Source: Mycobacterium sp. (lineage in GTDB: Bacteria > Actinomycetota > Actinomycetes > Mycobacteriales > Mycobacteriaceae). Taken from it: a stretch of DNA of 64,000 bases. The position numbers were made by a program, and so were the translations under genes. Numbering within the stretch: the stretch's first letter is position 1; each line of letters starts with the position of its first letter. The stretch spans positions 4,909 through 68,908 of the forward strand of contig NZ_JBKECZ010000118.1 in NCBI RefSeq assembly GCF_047975165.1, written 5' to 3'. Below the pieces are notes generated by a model, which saw nothing but the letters and a program-made list of their open reading frames with translations, was not told the origin of the DNA and made no database searches. Shown here one piece after another: positions 13,894-24,207 of the stretch.

Positions 13894-15051
13894 CTAGACC
13901 GCTCGTGTCAGCCAGAGGTGGTCGGTGGCTTCGGCAGCGGTGGCGCTTCGGGCGGCGCCGGTTTGCAGGGTCAGATCGAAGGCCTCCGAACGCATCCGGC
14001 GGTCGGTGTAGAGCAACACGACCACCCCGGCGAGAAACGGGGTGGTGATGATCTGGCTGATGGCGGCCCCAATGGAAGACACTGCACTGCCGGCCAGTAG
14101 CACCGCGGTCGAGGATGTCGCCATCAGCATGATCTGGCCGGCGATGTTGAACGGCGCCGAGATTGCGCCGCCGACTACGGCGACGACCACCGCCGCAAGC
14201 AGGTTGATCCCGAAGACACGCCAGAAGCTGTGGCGCACCAGGGCGAAGGATCGTTCGATGGCATCGAGCACCGGCAGTCTCTCCAGCACGATCAAGATCG
14301 GCGCAAACAGCAGCACGGTGTAGGCGTAGGCCAGCCCCGCCGCTGCGACCAGCAGCAGTGGGAACCCAATCAGCACCACGGCCACGGTATTCGCGGCCGT
14401 TCGCACCCCGACCAGGATCACCACCACCAGTCCGGCGACCACGACGAACCCGGTGAGTTCAAGTAGCGCCAGGCCGATCAGCGCGGGCAGCCGTCCGCGT
14501 ACTTTCCCCCACGCTTCACCGATGGTGATCGGCGCGGCGAACACCGCGCGGCCGACGACGACGGTGAGCATTCCGCTGAGCACGACGCTGCCCAGCCAGT
14601 TGACCAGCGCTGCGCTACCCAGCGATGCGATCGAGGTGCTCACGGCCGCCAGGCTTGGCTCCAAATCGCCGGATTCGATCCGACTGACCGCGGCCAGTGG
14701 GCCGATTGCCGCGAGCAGCGAGAGGAGAAGTATGACGACCTCGACCATGGTGGTCAGTCCGAGGGTCGCCTTCGGGTTGGCGCGGATGTAGCCGACCGCG
14801 CCGTTGAAGATGTCGGTGAGGGTCAGCGGCCGCAGTGGGATGATGCCGGGCCTGGCTACCCCGGGAGGCGGCGGTGCGCCGAACGGTGCGCTGTACGGCG
14901 CGGCGTAACCCGGCGGCGGGCCGTAACCCTGCGGTGGACGGTAACCCGGCGGCGGCCCGTAGCCCGGTGGTGGACGGTAACCCGGCGGCGGGCCGTACAC
15001 GGGGCCCGCGGGCCGGCGATCGCCCGGGGGCACGGGCGGCAGCGCACTCAC
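13894..15051 (-). CDS. polytopic membrane protein with N-terminal PPGY repeats
   Basis: 385 aa. The N-terminus has repeated PPGY(R/G)PP units, followed by about 7 TM helices. It is the first gene of the co-directional run ending at DUF58. Confidence 0.7.
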   Translation of the reverse strand: MSALPPVPPGDRRPAGPVYGPPPGYRPPPGYGPPPGYRPPQGYGPPPGYAAPYSAPFGAPPPPGVARPGIIPLRPLTLTDIFNGAVGYIRANPKATLGLTTMVEVVILLLSLLAAIGPLAAVSRIESGDLEPSLAAVSTSIASLGSAALVNWLGSVVLSGMLTVVVGRAVFAAPITIGEAWGKVRGRLPALIGLALLELTGFVVVAGLVVVILVGVRTAANTVAVVLIGFPLLLVAAAGLAYAYTVLLFAPILIVLERLPVLDAIERSFALVRHSFWRVFGINLLAAVVVAVVGGAISAPFNIAGQIMLMATSSTAVLLAGSAVSSIGAAISQIITTPFLAGVVVLLYTDRRMRSEAFDLTLQTGAARSATAAEATDHLWLTRAV

Positions 15052-15171
15052 TGCGCGCAGCGGCTGTCGGGGGCCATGGCTCCATCCTGTCGGCGGGCGA
15101 GGGTTTTCTCAATGCGACTGCGTGACCCGGTGCCGGATCGGGCGCAGCCGGCGGCGCGTAGCGTCTATGCC

Positions 15172-15636
15172 ATGGCCGAACTCAAAGCCCGGCTTCGGGC
15201 CGACCTGACCGAGGCGATGAAAGCGCAGGACAAGTTGCGTACCGCGACGCTGCGCATGTTGCTGGCCGCGATTCAAACCGAGGAGGTCTCGGGCAAGTCG
15301 GCCCGGGAGCTGTCCGACGACGAGGTGCTGAAGGTCCTGGCGCGAGAATCCCGCAAGCGCGGCGAGGCTGCCGAGATCTACACCCAGAACGGCCGCGGTG
15401 AACTGGCAGCCAATGAGCACGCCGAGGCGCGCCTCATCGATGGGTACCTGCCGACGCCGCTCACCGACGCCGAGGTGGTCGACGTCGTGGAAACCGCGAT
15501 CGCCCAGGTCGCCGAAACCCTGGGGCAAGCACCCGGCATGAAACAGATGGGCATGGTCATGAAGGTTGCCTCCGGCATCGCCGAAGGCAAGGCCGACGGG
15601 ACGCGACTGTCGGCGGCGGTCAAAGACCGACTCTGA
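15172..15636 (+). CDS. GatB/YqeY domain protein
   Basis: It starts MAELKARLRADLTEAMKAQDKLRTATLRMLLAAIQTEEV, typical of the YqeY family. The ATG at 15172 is chosen over the Arg-rich upstream extension. Confidence 0.85.
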   Translation: MAELKARLRADLTEAMKAQDKLRTATLRMLLAAIQTEEVSGKSARELSDDEVLKVLARESRKRGEAAEIYTQNGRGELAANEHAEARLIDGYLPTPLTDAEVVDVVETAIAQVAETLGQAPGMKQMGMVMKVASGIAEGKADGTRLSAAVKDRL

Positions 15637-15660
15637 TCTGGACCGACCCGGACGCCCTTG

Positions 15661-17910
15661 TCATTGCAGCTGGGCGGGGGCAGGTTCGAAGACGACATCG
15701 ACGGTCGTCCCGTCGAGCTGCGTGTCGAGTTCCATCGACGTACTGACCGCCTTCATCAGCACCAGACCCCGACCGCTGTTGCCGGGATCAGCCGCCGGGA
15801 TCTTCCAGGAACCCGAATCGGCAATCCGCGCGTGGACTCGATAGTCCTCGGAGTCCAGGTCGATCCGCATCCGCCCGGCTTCCCGTTCGGCATAGGCGTG
15901 TTCGATGCAGTTGCTGCATGCCTCGGATACCACCAGCAGGACGTCGTGCACCAGTGTCGCCGGGATACCGGCGTCCCGCAGCCACATCGACACTCGGCGC
16001 CGGATGGCTGCCAGTTGTCCCGGTTCCGCCGGGGCATCGATGTGCAGCGGCGGCAACAGGTGCCGATAGAGCACCATTGCGACGTCGTCGTCGTAACCGG
16101 ATTGCGGTGCGAGCCGGTCGAGTACGGTGTCGGCCACGGCGCCTATGGGTAGGGGTGCCGACTCCGTGAGGACATCGGCGACCCGCGCGAGGCCCTCGTC
16201 GATCGACTCGTTGCGGCGTTCGACGAGACCGTCGGTGAACAACATCAGGGTCGATCCGGGTAGCAGTACCTCGGAGGCTTGCGGGCGAGTCTCGTTGCGG
16301 CGTACCGCCAGTGGCACCGACCTGGCGCCGGTCAGCAGTGATGTCACCGAGTCCGAACCCGAGATCTTGTTGACAAGGACGGCGGGCATGTGTCCGGCGT
16401 TGCTGTATTCCAGCACCCCCGATGTGGTGTCCAGAATCGCCAGGAACACGGTGGTGCAGTACGCGTCCGGGATCAACGATGCGGCCGAGTCGAGCTGTTC
16501 GAGTAGCACCGCGGGTCTGGCGCCGGTGAGCAGTAGCGCCCGCGAGGAACTGCGCAGCTGGCCCATGATCGCGGCCGCAGGTAATCCGCGCCCCACACAG
16601 TCGCCGACGACTATCCCGATGCGACGGTCGTCGAGGGGCAGCACGTCGTACCAGTCGCCACCGATTTCCAGGGGTTCGACCGCGGGTTCGTAGCGTACGG
16701 CGAATCCCGGGGGCGGAGCGATCGGTGGAAGCATGGCCCGCTGCAGGGTCAACGACGTTTCACGGACGGTCTCGAACTGACGAACATGCTGAATTGCCAG
16801 ACTCAGGTGTCCGATGAGCACGGTGACCAGCAATCGGTCCTCGGCACTCACCCAGCGCGGTGTTGCCAGCTCAAGCCACAGTGCCACGTCCCCGGCGCCG
16901 GACAGCATTGCCGACAGCCCCCGCCCCTTCGCCGAGGCATCGTCGAGGATGAGCTTGGCTGTCAGTGGTAGCTGGTCGCGAGCGTCCAGGAATATCTGTT
17001 GCAATTGCAGATCCATTGTGCGCCAGTTTGATTCGACCGGATCGCCGGCCACCTGTACCGTCGGGTCGCTATCGTCCGGCGGCCACATCACCGCGACTAC
17101 CCGTTGCACGTCGACGGCCGTCCGGCATTCGTCGAGCATGACCGCCAACACTTCGGTCACGCTCTTGGCCACTGCGACCGACGTGGCCAACCGCAGGACC
17201 GCGCTTTCCCGGGCGGCGAAGGCCCGGTCGGCGGTGACGTCGCGCACCGTGCCGACGTACCTGTCGTTGTTGTCGTCGGGTCCACGAACACTGTTGATAC
17301 TGATCGCAACCCAGGCGCGGTGACCATCGGATCGGCGGATCGGGATCTCGTACTGGGCGCTGCCTTCGTTGCGCACGCGCCACTGTTGCTGGTAGGCGTC
17401 CTCGGCGTCGACGATCCACGGGTGCGGCCATTTGTAGGGCAGGCCGTCCGCGCCGAAACCGAGGATCTCGGCGAAGGCGTTGTTGATCTCGACGACAGCA
17501 CCGGTCCGATCGGCGACGAAGAACCCTTCCTGCAGTGAATTCACCAGCGCCGTCCAGAATCTGTCCCGGGACGCCAGCTCCTCGGCTCGGGACCGCTCCG
17601 CGGCGAAACGCCTTGCTCCGTCGAGGTATCCGTGCGTCACCTCGTCCAGCGCGGCGAGCGTCTGTAGGACGAATTCCAGTGCCGCCGCCCGGTTGACGGG
17701 GCCGATTTCCAAGAGTTCGTCGAGGACGTCGAAGGTGTTTTCGATGATGTCGAGGAAGCTGATCCTTTGCCGGAGCGCCTTGCGTCCGAGTTCGCGCGCG
17801 GCGCCCAGTGTGTCCTCGCCTCCGGTGTCAAGGTATTGGACTAGGGCACAACGGTATTCGGCATGAAATTCGGGCTGGAATTCGGCGGGGTGGTCGTCGG
17901 TGCGGTTCAT
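15661..17910 (-). CDS. PAS-GAF-PP2C (SpoIIE) phosphatase fused to an RsbW-like HATPase serine kinase
   Basis: 749 aa. The PAS region includes FFVADRTGAVVEINNAF. The PP2C motifs are GGDWYDV, GDCVGRG, YSNAGH and FTDGLVE. The C-terminal anti-sigma-kinase motifs are EACSNCIEHA and GRGL. Confidence 0.85.
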   Translation of the reverse strand: MNRTDDHPAEFQPEFHAEYRCALVQYLDTGGEDTLGAARELGRKALRQRISFLDIIENTFDVLDELLEIGPVNRAAALEFVLQTLAALDEVTHGYLDGARRFAAERSRAEELASRDRFWTALVNSLQEGFFVADRTGAVVEINNAFAEILGFGADGLPYKWPHPWIVDAEDAYQQQWRVRNEGSAQYEIPIRRSDGHRAWVAISINSVRGPDDNNDRYVGTVRDVTADRAFAARESAVLRLATSVAVAKSVTEVLAVMLDECRTAVDVQRVVAVMWPPDDSDPTVQVAGDPVESNWRTMDLQLQQIFLDARDQLPLTAKLILDDASAKGRGLSAMLSGAGDVALWLELATPRWVSAEDRLLVTVLIGHLSLAIQHVRQFETVRETSLTLQRAMLPPIAPPPGFAVRYEPAVEPLEIGGDWYDVLPLDDRRIGIVVGDCVGRGLPAAAIMGQLRSSSRALLLTGARPAVLLEQLDSAASLIPDAYCTTVFLAILDTTSGVLEYSNAGHMPAVLVNKISGSDSVTSLLTGARSVPLAVRRNETRPQASEVLLPGSTLMLFTDGLVERRNESIDEGLARVADVLTESAPLPIGAVADTVLDRLAPQSGYDDDVAMVLYRHLLPPLHIDAPAEPGQLAAIRRRVSMWLRDAGIPATLVHDVLLVVSEACSNCIEHAYAEREAGRMRIDLDSEDYRVHARIADSGSWKIPAADPGNSGRGLVLMKAVSTSMELDTQLDGTTVDVVFEPAPAQLQ

Positions 17911-18259
17911 GGCGATGCGCCCGGATACCGACCGCCGTTCGGTGCACCTGCGTTCGGTCCCGGCTGGTTGTGTTCGTGTCCGGGCCGGTCACGCCGGCGG
18001 TGCCGTGTCGCCGGTGAGTCCTTGCCGGGGACTCGCGCGGCGTCGCGCGTGCAGCAGAAACGTGACGGCGAATCGGACACCGGTGCCTCCAAGGCCTCAC
18101 CGATTGCGCACCAATTGCGCACCAATTGAACGGTGGCGCAGATTCTACGGCCCGACGTTAGGGGGCACGGATCGGTGCCGGGTGTCGGCGGCTGGTCACC
18201 CTGGTTTGTCCGGCAGGCTAGGCTGACGTCACGCCCAAGGCTCGGACAAAGGACCTCCA

Positions 18260-18628
18260 TTGCCAGCTCCTGATTCGATCACCGTCGCGGTCGCAGATCA
18301 CCAGGGCGCAACCGTGCTCCGCGTCGGCGGTGAAATCGACTTGGTGACCGCTCCGGCTATGGACGACGCGATCGGCGCCGTGCTGGCGAATGAACCATCG
18401 GCACTGATCATCGACCTTTCCGGAGTGGATTTCCTGGGTTCGGTCGGGCTGAAGATCCTGGCGGAAACCCACGAGAGACTTGGTGAATCGGCGGCGTTCG
18501 GCGTGGTCGCGGACGGCCCGGTGACCCAACGGCCGATTCATCTGACCGGCCTGGACCGGACGTTTCCGTTGTATCCGACCCTCGACGAGGCCCTGGCCGG
18601 CGTCCGGGACCCTGGATCGGACAGCTAG
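18260..18628 (+). CDS. rsfB: STAS-domain anti-sigma-factor antagonist
   Basis: 122 aa with the SpoIIAA-like fold signature (LRVGGEIDLVTAP...DLSGVDFLGSVGL). It is in the position of rsfB relative to the YqeY-like gene and tRNA-Pro. Confidence 0.8.
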   Translation: MPAPDSITVAVADHQGATVLRVGGEIDLVTAPAMDDAIGAVLANEPSALIIDLSGVDFLGSVGLKILAETHERLGESAAFGVVADGPVTQRPIHLTGLDRTFPLYPTLDEALAGVRDPGSDS

Positions 18629-18757
18629 GGGAGTCGCCGGGAGCACCGCGTCCGGTGGTGCCGCCGGACCGGCGAGGCACCCGGTCGGCGGGCGCCGGAT
18701 CTGCCGGACGGCCCCGGGGCCGACGCGATGACGGCCTTTCACCTGCGAAAACACGAG

Positions 18758-18831
<74 letters not shown>

Positions 18832-18899
18832 CTTGAAGCCACGACAGCCTATCGCACGGGCGCTCCAGGCCACCAAACACGTGACGTTCGTCGCCCAGC

Positions 18900-19153
18900 G
18901 TGACCGTGCAGTCACGCTCGGCGATGGCCGCGACTGTGGAGTCACGCTCGGCGATGGCCGCGACCGTGGAGTCACGCTCGGGGTGCGGGCCGAGCTCGGC
19001 GACGGCTGTGACTGTGCAGTCACGCTCGGCGATGGCCGCGACCGTGGAGTCACGCTCGGGGTGCGGGCCGAGCTCGGCGACGGCTGCGACTGTGCAGTCA
19101 CGCTCGGCGATGGCTGCGACTGTGCAGTCACGCTCGGGGTGCGGGCCGAGCTA
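18900..19153. repeat. higher-order tandem repeat array (30-bp and 48-bp units, 78-bp super-unit x3 plus one extra unit)
   Basis: The units share the core G(T/C)GAC(C/T)GTG(C/G)AGTCACGCTCGG. They continue either with CGATGGCC (30-bp unit) or with GGTGCGGGCCGAGCTCGGCGACGGCT (48-bp unit, containing the palindrome GCCGAGCTCGGC). The last unit supplies the stop codon of the gene ending at 19151. Confidence 0.9.
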
Positions 19154-20257
19154 GTCCCAGCTACCCGAACGCTCGAACACGGCGAGCGACCGCGCCGCGT
19201 CGCCGGGGTCGAGGCCTTGGGCGGTGATCCACTCGTCATCGAAGTACGTGTCGGTGTAGCGGTCGCCGCTGTCGGCGAGCAGGGTGACCACCGAACCGCT
19301 GCGCCCCGCGACAACCATGTCTGCGATCAGGCCGAATGCCCCCCAGATGTTGGTGCCCGTCGACGGCCCCACCCGGCGGCCCAGGACGGCACTGACGTGG
19401 CGGGCAGCGGCGATCGACGCCGCGTCGGGCACCGAGACCATCCGGTCCACCACCGTCGGCAGGAACGAAGGCTCCACCCGCGGCCGGCCGATGCCCTCGA
19501 TCCGAGACGACGCGCCCGTCACGATGTCGAGCCGGCCTTCGGCGTAGGCGGGGAAGAACGCCGAGTTTTCCGGGTCCACGACGCACAACTGCGTCGCGTG
19601 CCGCCGGTAGCGGATGTAGCGTCCGATCGTCGCGCAGGTGCCACCGGTGCCGGCGCCGACCACGATCCAGGCCGGAATTGGGTGTGCTTCCTCGCGCATC
19701 TGCAGATAGATCGATTCCGCGATGTTGTTGTTGCCCCGCCAATCGGTGGCCCGCTCGGCGTTGGTGAACTGGTCGAGATAGTGACCGCCGGCCTCTTCGG
19801 CGATTCGCGCGGCCTCGGAGTAGACCTCGCTTGACCGTTCGACGAAATGGCAGCGACCACCTTGGGATTCGATCAGCGCGATCTTTGCCGCACTGGTTGT
19901 CGCCGGCATGACGGCGACGAACGGTAACCCCAGCAGTGCGGCGAAGTAGGCCTCCGATACCGCCGTCGAACCCGAGGATGCCTCGACCACGGTGGTGCCC
20001 TCGTCGATCCAGCCGTTGCACAGTCCGTACAGGAACAGCGAGCGCGCCAACCGGTGCTTGAGGCTGCCGGTGATGTGCGTCGTCTCGTCCTTGAGGTACA
20101 GCTCGACGCCGGCCTCGTCTGCCCACGCGGCCGGCAGCGGGTAGCGCAGCAGATGGGTGTCGGCGCTGCGTCGGGCATCGGCCTCGATCAACCTGATCGC
20201 ATTGTCGGCCCAGCCGCGGGAGCCGCCGCGGACCGCGATCCGAGCCTGACCGGTCAA
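19151..20257 (-). CDS. PLP-dependent cysteine synthase/cystathionine beta-synthase family protein
   Basis: 368 aa. It has a Lys-containing PLP motif (HITGSLKHR), a GAGTGGT loop and the fold-type II pattern. Confidence 0.85.
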   Translation of the reverse strand: MTGQARIAVRGGSRGWADNAIRLIEADARRSADTHLLRYPLPAAWADEAGVELYLKDETTHITGSLKHRLARSLFLYGLCNGWIDEGTTVVEASSGSTAVSEAYFAALLGLPFVAVMPATTSAAKIALIESQGGRCHFVERSSEVYSEAARIAEEAGGHYLDQFTNAERATDWRGNNNIAESIYLQMREEAHPIPAWIVVGAGTGGTCATIGRYIRYRRHATQLCVVDPENSAFFPAYAEGRLDIVTGASSRIEGIGRPRVEPSFLPTVVDRMVSVPDAASIAAARHVSAVLGRRVGPSTGTNIWGAFGLIADMVVAGRSGSVVTLLADSGDRYTDTYFDDEWITAQGLDPGDAARSLAVFERSGSWD

Positions 20258-21258
20258 CGGACCGACGCGGCGGGCTCGGAGTGCACAAGGTCGCCGGCTT
20301 CGTCCCGGCTACCGGTCGGGTTTGCGATCAGCGTCAGCAGGGTCGCCTCCGGGCGGCAGCAGAACCGTACCGGGGCGAAGGGTGAGGTGCCGAGGCCCGC
20401 GGACACGTGCAGGGCGGTGTTCGCACCCCACTGGGAGGGCCCTTTGGCCCGTGAGCGGTCCAGGCCGCAGTTGGTCACGATCGCGCCGTAGAACGGCAGG
20501 CACAGCTGGCCGCCGTGGGTGTGGCCGGCCATCACCAACCGGTAGCCGTCGGCGGCGAAACGGTCGAGCACCCGGGGTTCCGGCGAGTGCACCAGCCCGA
20601 GCTTGAGGTCGGCTGCGGGGCTGACCGGCCCGGCGATCGTGTCGTAGCGGTCCCGGTCGATGTGCGGGTCGTCGACGCCCGCGGCCGCGACATGCAATCC
20701 GGCCACTTCGAACTCGCGCCGGATGTGGGTGAGGTCGAGCCAACCCCGTTCGGTGAACGCCGCCCGCAGATCCTGCCAGGGCAGTGGCTCGCCCTGGACC
20801 CGATGATGCGAGTTGGTCAGATAGTTCGCGGGGTTTTTCACCCGCGGACCGAAGTAATCGTTGCTGCCGAAGACGAAGACCCCCGGCCGGGACAGCAGGT
20901 CGCCGAGCGCCTGTACGACCGCCGGCACCGCCTTGGGGTGAGCCAGGTTGTCGCCGGTATTGACCACCAGGTCGGGATCCCAGCCGGCCAGCTCGCGCAG
21001 CCAGGCCTGTTTGCGCTGCTGGTGGGGCGTCATGTGCAGATCGCTGATGTGCAGCACCCGCAGCGGCGTCGAACCCGGACTCAGCAGCGGGATCGTCACC
21101 TCACGCAACACGAACGCATTGCGCTCGACCAGCGATGCGTAGCCGATGGCCGCAACACCGGATGCGACGGCCAGCGAACCGGCGCGCAGCAGGGTGGCGG
21201 CAACTCCGCGGTGAGGCGGACCGGTCCCGGAAAGGGCACCAAAACCTGTGACAGCCAT
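20254..21258 (-). CDS. membrane-anchored metallophosphoesterase
   Basis: 334 aa with an N-terminal TM helix and calcineurin-like motifs ([19 protein letters not shown]). There is a 4-nt overlap with the downstream gene. Confidence 0.85.
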   Translation of the reverse strand: MAVTGFGALSGTGPPHRGVAATLLRAGSLAVASGVAAIGYASLVERNAFVLREVTIPLLSPGSTPLRVLHISDLHMTPHQQRKQAWLRELAGWDPDLVVNTGDNLAHPKAVPAVVQALGDLLSRPGVFVFGSNDYFGPRVKNPANYLTNSHHRVQGEPLPWQDLRAAFTERGWLDLTHIRREFEVAGLHVAAAGVDDPHIDRDRYDTIAGPVSPAADLKLGLVHSPEPRVLDRFAADGYRLVMAGHTHGGQLCLPFYGAIVTNCGLDRSRAKGPSQWGANTALHVSAGLGTSPFAPVRFCCRPEATLLTLIANPTGSRDEAGDLVHSEPAASVR

Positions 21259-21338
21259 GCATGCAGCCTACTGCCGGCGGGCCCGGCATTCGCCTACCCT
21301 TGAGCGCCCGACCTTGAGCGCCCACCGCGGCTCGGGAG

Positions 21339-23828
21339 TTACGGCGGTGGTTGTTCCAGCAGTGGAATGGTGATGGGTGGTAGGCCGGGAATCTCGATGA
21401 CCTGCGACCCAACCACCTCGGGGGGCGGCGGCGGTGGCGGCGGACCCTCCTCCGGTGGCGGCGTACCCCACTGTTGCGGAGGAGGGTTCCATTGCGGTGG
21501 TGGTGGTGGTGGCGGTGGCGGCGGCGCAATGCCGTTGCTGGTGAGGATGGTGATGATCGAGCCCGGGATCGTTTGGCCGGTGGGTGAGGACCCGACCACC
21601 TCGCCGAATCGGGCAATGCTGTTGATGGGGCTGGGTTGTTCGGCGACCTCGAAACCCGCCTCCCGCAGACGCTGCCGTGCCTGTTCGACGTTGAGGCCCG
21701 CTATGTTGGGCACCGCTCCAGCCGGTGAGCCATCGACGTAGCGGGGGTCGGTGGGCGGTAGGTGCACCTCGCCGAAATGATCGGCGATCGGCATGAACGC
21801 GGTGAACCAGGTGCGCGCGGGTTCGCTGCCGCCGTACAGGTTGCCGTTGCCGCAGCGGCGGAGCGGCCAGGAGCACAGGTCCATGGGGGTCGGCGAGTCG
21901 TCGTAGATGTAGTTGGCCGCCGCGTAGCGGTTGGTGAATCCCACGAAGCCCGAGGACCGGTGAGTTTCGGTGGTGCCGGTCTTGCCGGACATGGGCAGAA
22001 ACCAGCCCGCCCCCCCAGCCGAACCGGCCGCGGTCCCCATGCCCACCGCGTCCTTGCTCATGGCGTTGGCCAGGGTATCGGCCAAGCCCTGTGGGACCAC
22101 CTGCTCGCAGGTCGCGGTGGTGACCGCGACCTCGTTGCCGTTGCGGTCGATCAGCTTGTCGATGGGGTTCGGCGGGCACCACACGCCTCCCGACGCCAGG
22201 GTGGCTGCGACGTTCGACAATTCCAATGCGTTGATCTTGATGGGTCCCAGGGTGAACGAGCCGAGGTTCTGCCGTTTGACGAAGTCGGCGAGACTCTCGT
22301 TGCTTTCGGGGTTGTAGTCGCGTGCGGTGCCGGGAGTGGCGTAGGACCGGAGGCCGAGCTTGACCGCCATATCGACCGCGCGGGATACCCCGATCTGCGA
22401 GATCAGCTTGGCGAATGCGGTGTTGGGCGACGTGGCGAGCGCGTCGGTCACGTTCATCGAACCGACATAGCCGCCGGCATTGACCACACACCAGGTGTCC
22501 TTGGGGCATCCCTTGGCGCCGCCGCTGCCCAGACCCTTCGCCTCGAAGCGGGGCGGCACGGTGAGCTGGGCGTTGATGCCCATCCCCATTTCCAGTGCGG
22601 CAGCCGTGGTGAAGATCTTGAAGATCGAGCCGGCGCCGTCGCCCACCAGGGAGAACGGTTGTGGGCGCATGGTTTGGCCGGCTGCCAGGTCCAGCCCGTA
22701 GGTACGGTTGCTGGCCATCGCCACGACTTTGTGCGACGTCTGCCCCGGCAGGATCACGCTCATCACGCTGGAGATTCCGGTCAGGGTCGGGGACGCGAAC
22801 TGATCGACGGCCGCCTTGACCGGATTCTGTACGTCGGGATCCAACGTGGTGAGGATCTGGTAGCCGCCCGTGGCCACTTCTTCCTTACGCAGGCCCGCGC
22901 GTGCCAGGTACTCCTGGACGTAGTCGCAGAAAAACGCGCGGTCGCCCGCGGCGATGCACCCGCGGGGCAGTTCGTTGGGTTGCGGCAGGATGCCCAGCGG
23001 CTTGGTCTTGGCCGCTTGCAGCGCTTCGGCTTGTCCGGGGAGGTTTTCGATCATGGTGTCCAGGACGAGATTTCGCCGGGCCAGCGCACCCTTGGGATTG
23101 GTGTACGGGTTGAGGGCGCTCGTCGACTGCACCATGCCGGCAAGCAGCGCGGCCTGTTGCCAGTTCAGGTCGATGGCGTTTACGCCGAAGTAGGTCTGCG
23201 CGGCATCCTGCACGCCGAAAGAGTTGTTCCCGAACGAGACCAGGTTCAGGTAGCGGGTCAGGATCTCCGGCTTGCTGAAGGACTTGTCCAGCGTGAGCGC
23301 CATGCGGATCTCGCGCAATTTACGCGCGGGGGTCGGCTCGACGGCTGCGCGCTTCTCCTCATCGGTCTTGGCCGATACCAGCAGTTGGAAATTCTTGATG
23401 TACTGCTGTTCGATCGTCGAGCCGCCGCGGGTGTCGAGATCGCCGGAGGCGTACCCGGCCAGCCCCGTCAGGGTGCCTTTCCAATCCACGCCATTGTGAT
23501 CGGCGAACCGCTTGTCTTCGATCGACACGATCGCCAGCTTCATCGTGTCGGCGATTTTGTCGGAGGGCACTTCGAACCGACGCTGCGAATACAACCACGC
23601 GATGACGTTGCCTTTCGCGTCGACCACCGTCGACACGGCCGGAACCTGGCCCTCGAGAAGCTGCGCCGAACCGTTGGCGACGATTTCCGAGGCCCGGTTG
23701 GACATCAACCCGATACCGCCCGCGACCGGGAACATCAACGCGGCGGCGAGGACGCCGGCGAGTAGGCAATAGCCGCCGAGCTTCAGCAGCGTCTGTCCCA
23801 CCGTGGGGTGTACCGGCATGCGTATCAC
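21339..23828 (-). CDS. ponA2: bifunctional class A penicillin-binding protein with PASTA domain
   Basis: 829 aa. It has an N-terminal TM helix, a GT51 motif (EDKRFADHNGVD), a transpeptidase domain, a C-terminal PASTA domain (VPNIAGLNVEQARQRL) and a poly-Pro tail. Confidence 0.9.
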   Translation of the reverse strand: MIRMPVHPTVGQTLLKLGGYCLLAGVLAAALMFPVAGGIGLMSNRASEIVANGSAQLLEGQVPAVSTVVDAKGNVIAWLYSQRRFEVPSDKIADTMKLAIVSIEDKRFADHNGVDWKGTLTGLAGYASGDLDTRGGSTIEQQYIKNFQLLVSAKTDEEKRAAVEPTPARKLREIRMALTLDKSFSKPEILTRYLNLVSFGNNSFGVQDAAQTYFGVNAIDLNWQQAALLAGMVQSTSALNPYTNPKGALARRNLVLDTMIENLPGQAEALQAAKTKPLGILPQPNELPRGCIAAGDRAFFCDYVQEYLARAGLRKEEVATGGYQILTTLDPDVQNPVKAAVDQFASPTLTGISSVMSVILPGQTSHKVVAMASNRTYGLDLAAGQTMRPQPFSLVGDGAGSIFKIFTTAAALEMGMGINAQLTVPPRFEAKGLGSGGAKGCPKDTWCVVNAGGYVGSMNVTDALATSPNTAFAKLISQIGVSRAVDMAVKLGLRSYATPGTARDYNPESNESLADFVKRQNLGSFTLGPIKINALELSNVAATLASGGVWCPPNPIDKLIDRNGNEVAVTTATCEQVVPQGLADTLANAMSKDAVGMGTAAGSAGGAGWFLPMSGKTGTTETHRSSGFVGFTNRYAAANYIYDDSPTPMDLCSWPLRRCGNGNLYGGSEPARTWFTAFMPIADHFGEVHLPPTDPRYVDGSPAGAVPNIAGLNVEQARQRLREAGFEVAEQPSPINSIARFGEVVGSSPTGQTIPGSIITILTSNGIAPPPPPPPPPPQWNPPPQQWGTPPPEEGPPPPPPPPEVVGSQVIEIPGLPPITIPLLEQPPP

Positions 23829-24207
23829 AGTAGCGGTCCGCCACAGCTCAGCCGCCGGCGCTCGGGCCGGAAAAATTTTTTCAGCGAATCAACAGGTGTC
23901 GGACAGGTGCTTCAGCCGCCAGATGCAGTAGTGTTTCGACCGACGTTACTGGTCAGAGTCGTGATACGGGACTCGTTCGAGTCCTTTCCCGAGGCTGCCG
24001 GTCGCGGCTGGTGGGGCTTGGCCGCAAAAATCCGTTATGGAAATGTTGCGAAAAGGCCCGTCGGCCACCTATCTTGTAGAGTTAACGAGGTTTCATATGC
24101 GGGGGTATGCACGACGCGTGCGTGTTTTCCCAGCATGGTGACCGCGAACGGTATCGGCCATAGTGCCCATAGCGCATGGCCCGAAGGGTAAGGAAGGAGT
24201 CGATCTC

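Noticed and set aside
18900-19153. Regularly spaced 22-bp repeats that could superficially resemble a CRISPR array.
   Set aside because: The sequences between the repeat cores are themselves repeated (only two spacer types, 8 and 26 bp). Spacers are too short and no cas genes are present. This is a tandem repeat, not a CRISPR array.
23871-23890. An A5T6 tract (GGAAAAATTTTTTC) upstream of ponA2, which stands out in a GC-rich genome.
   Set aside because: It probably just contributes to promoter DNA bending or UP-element-like function in the ponA2/whiB4 divergent region. There is not enough evidence to call a specific site.
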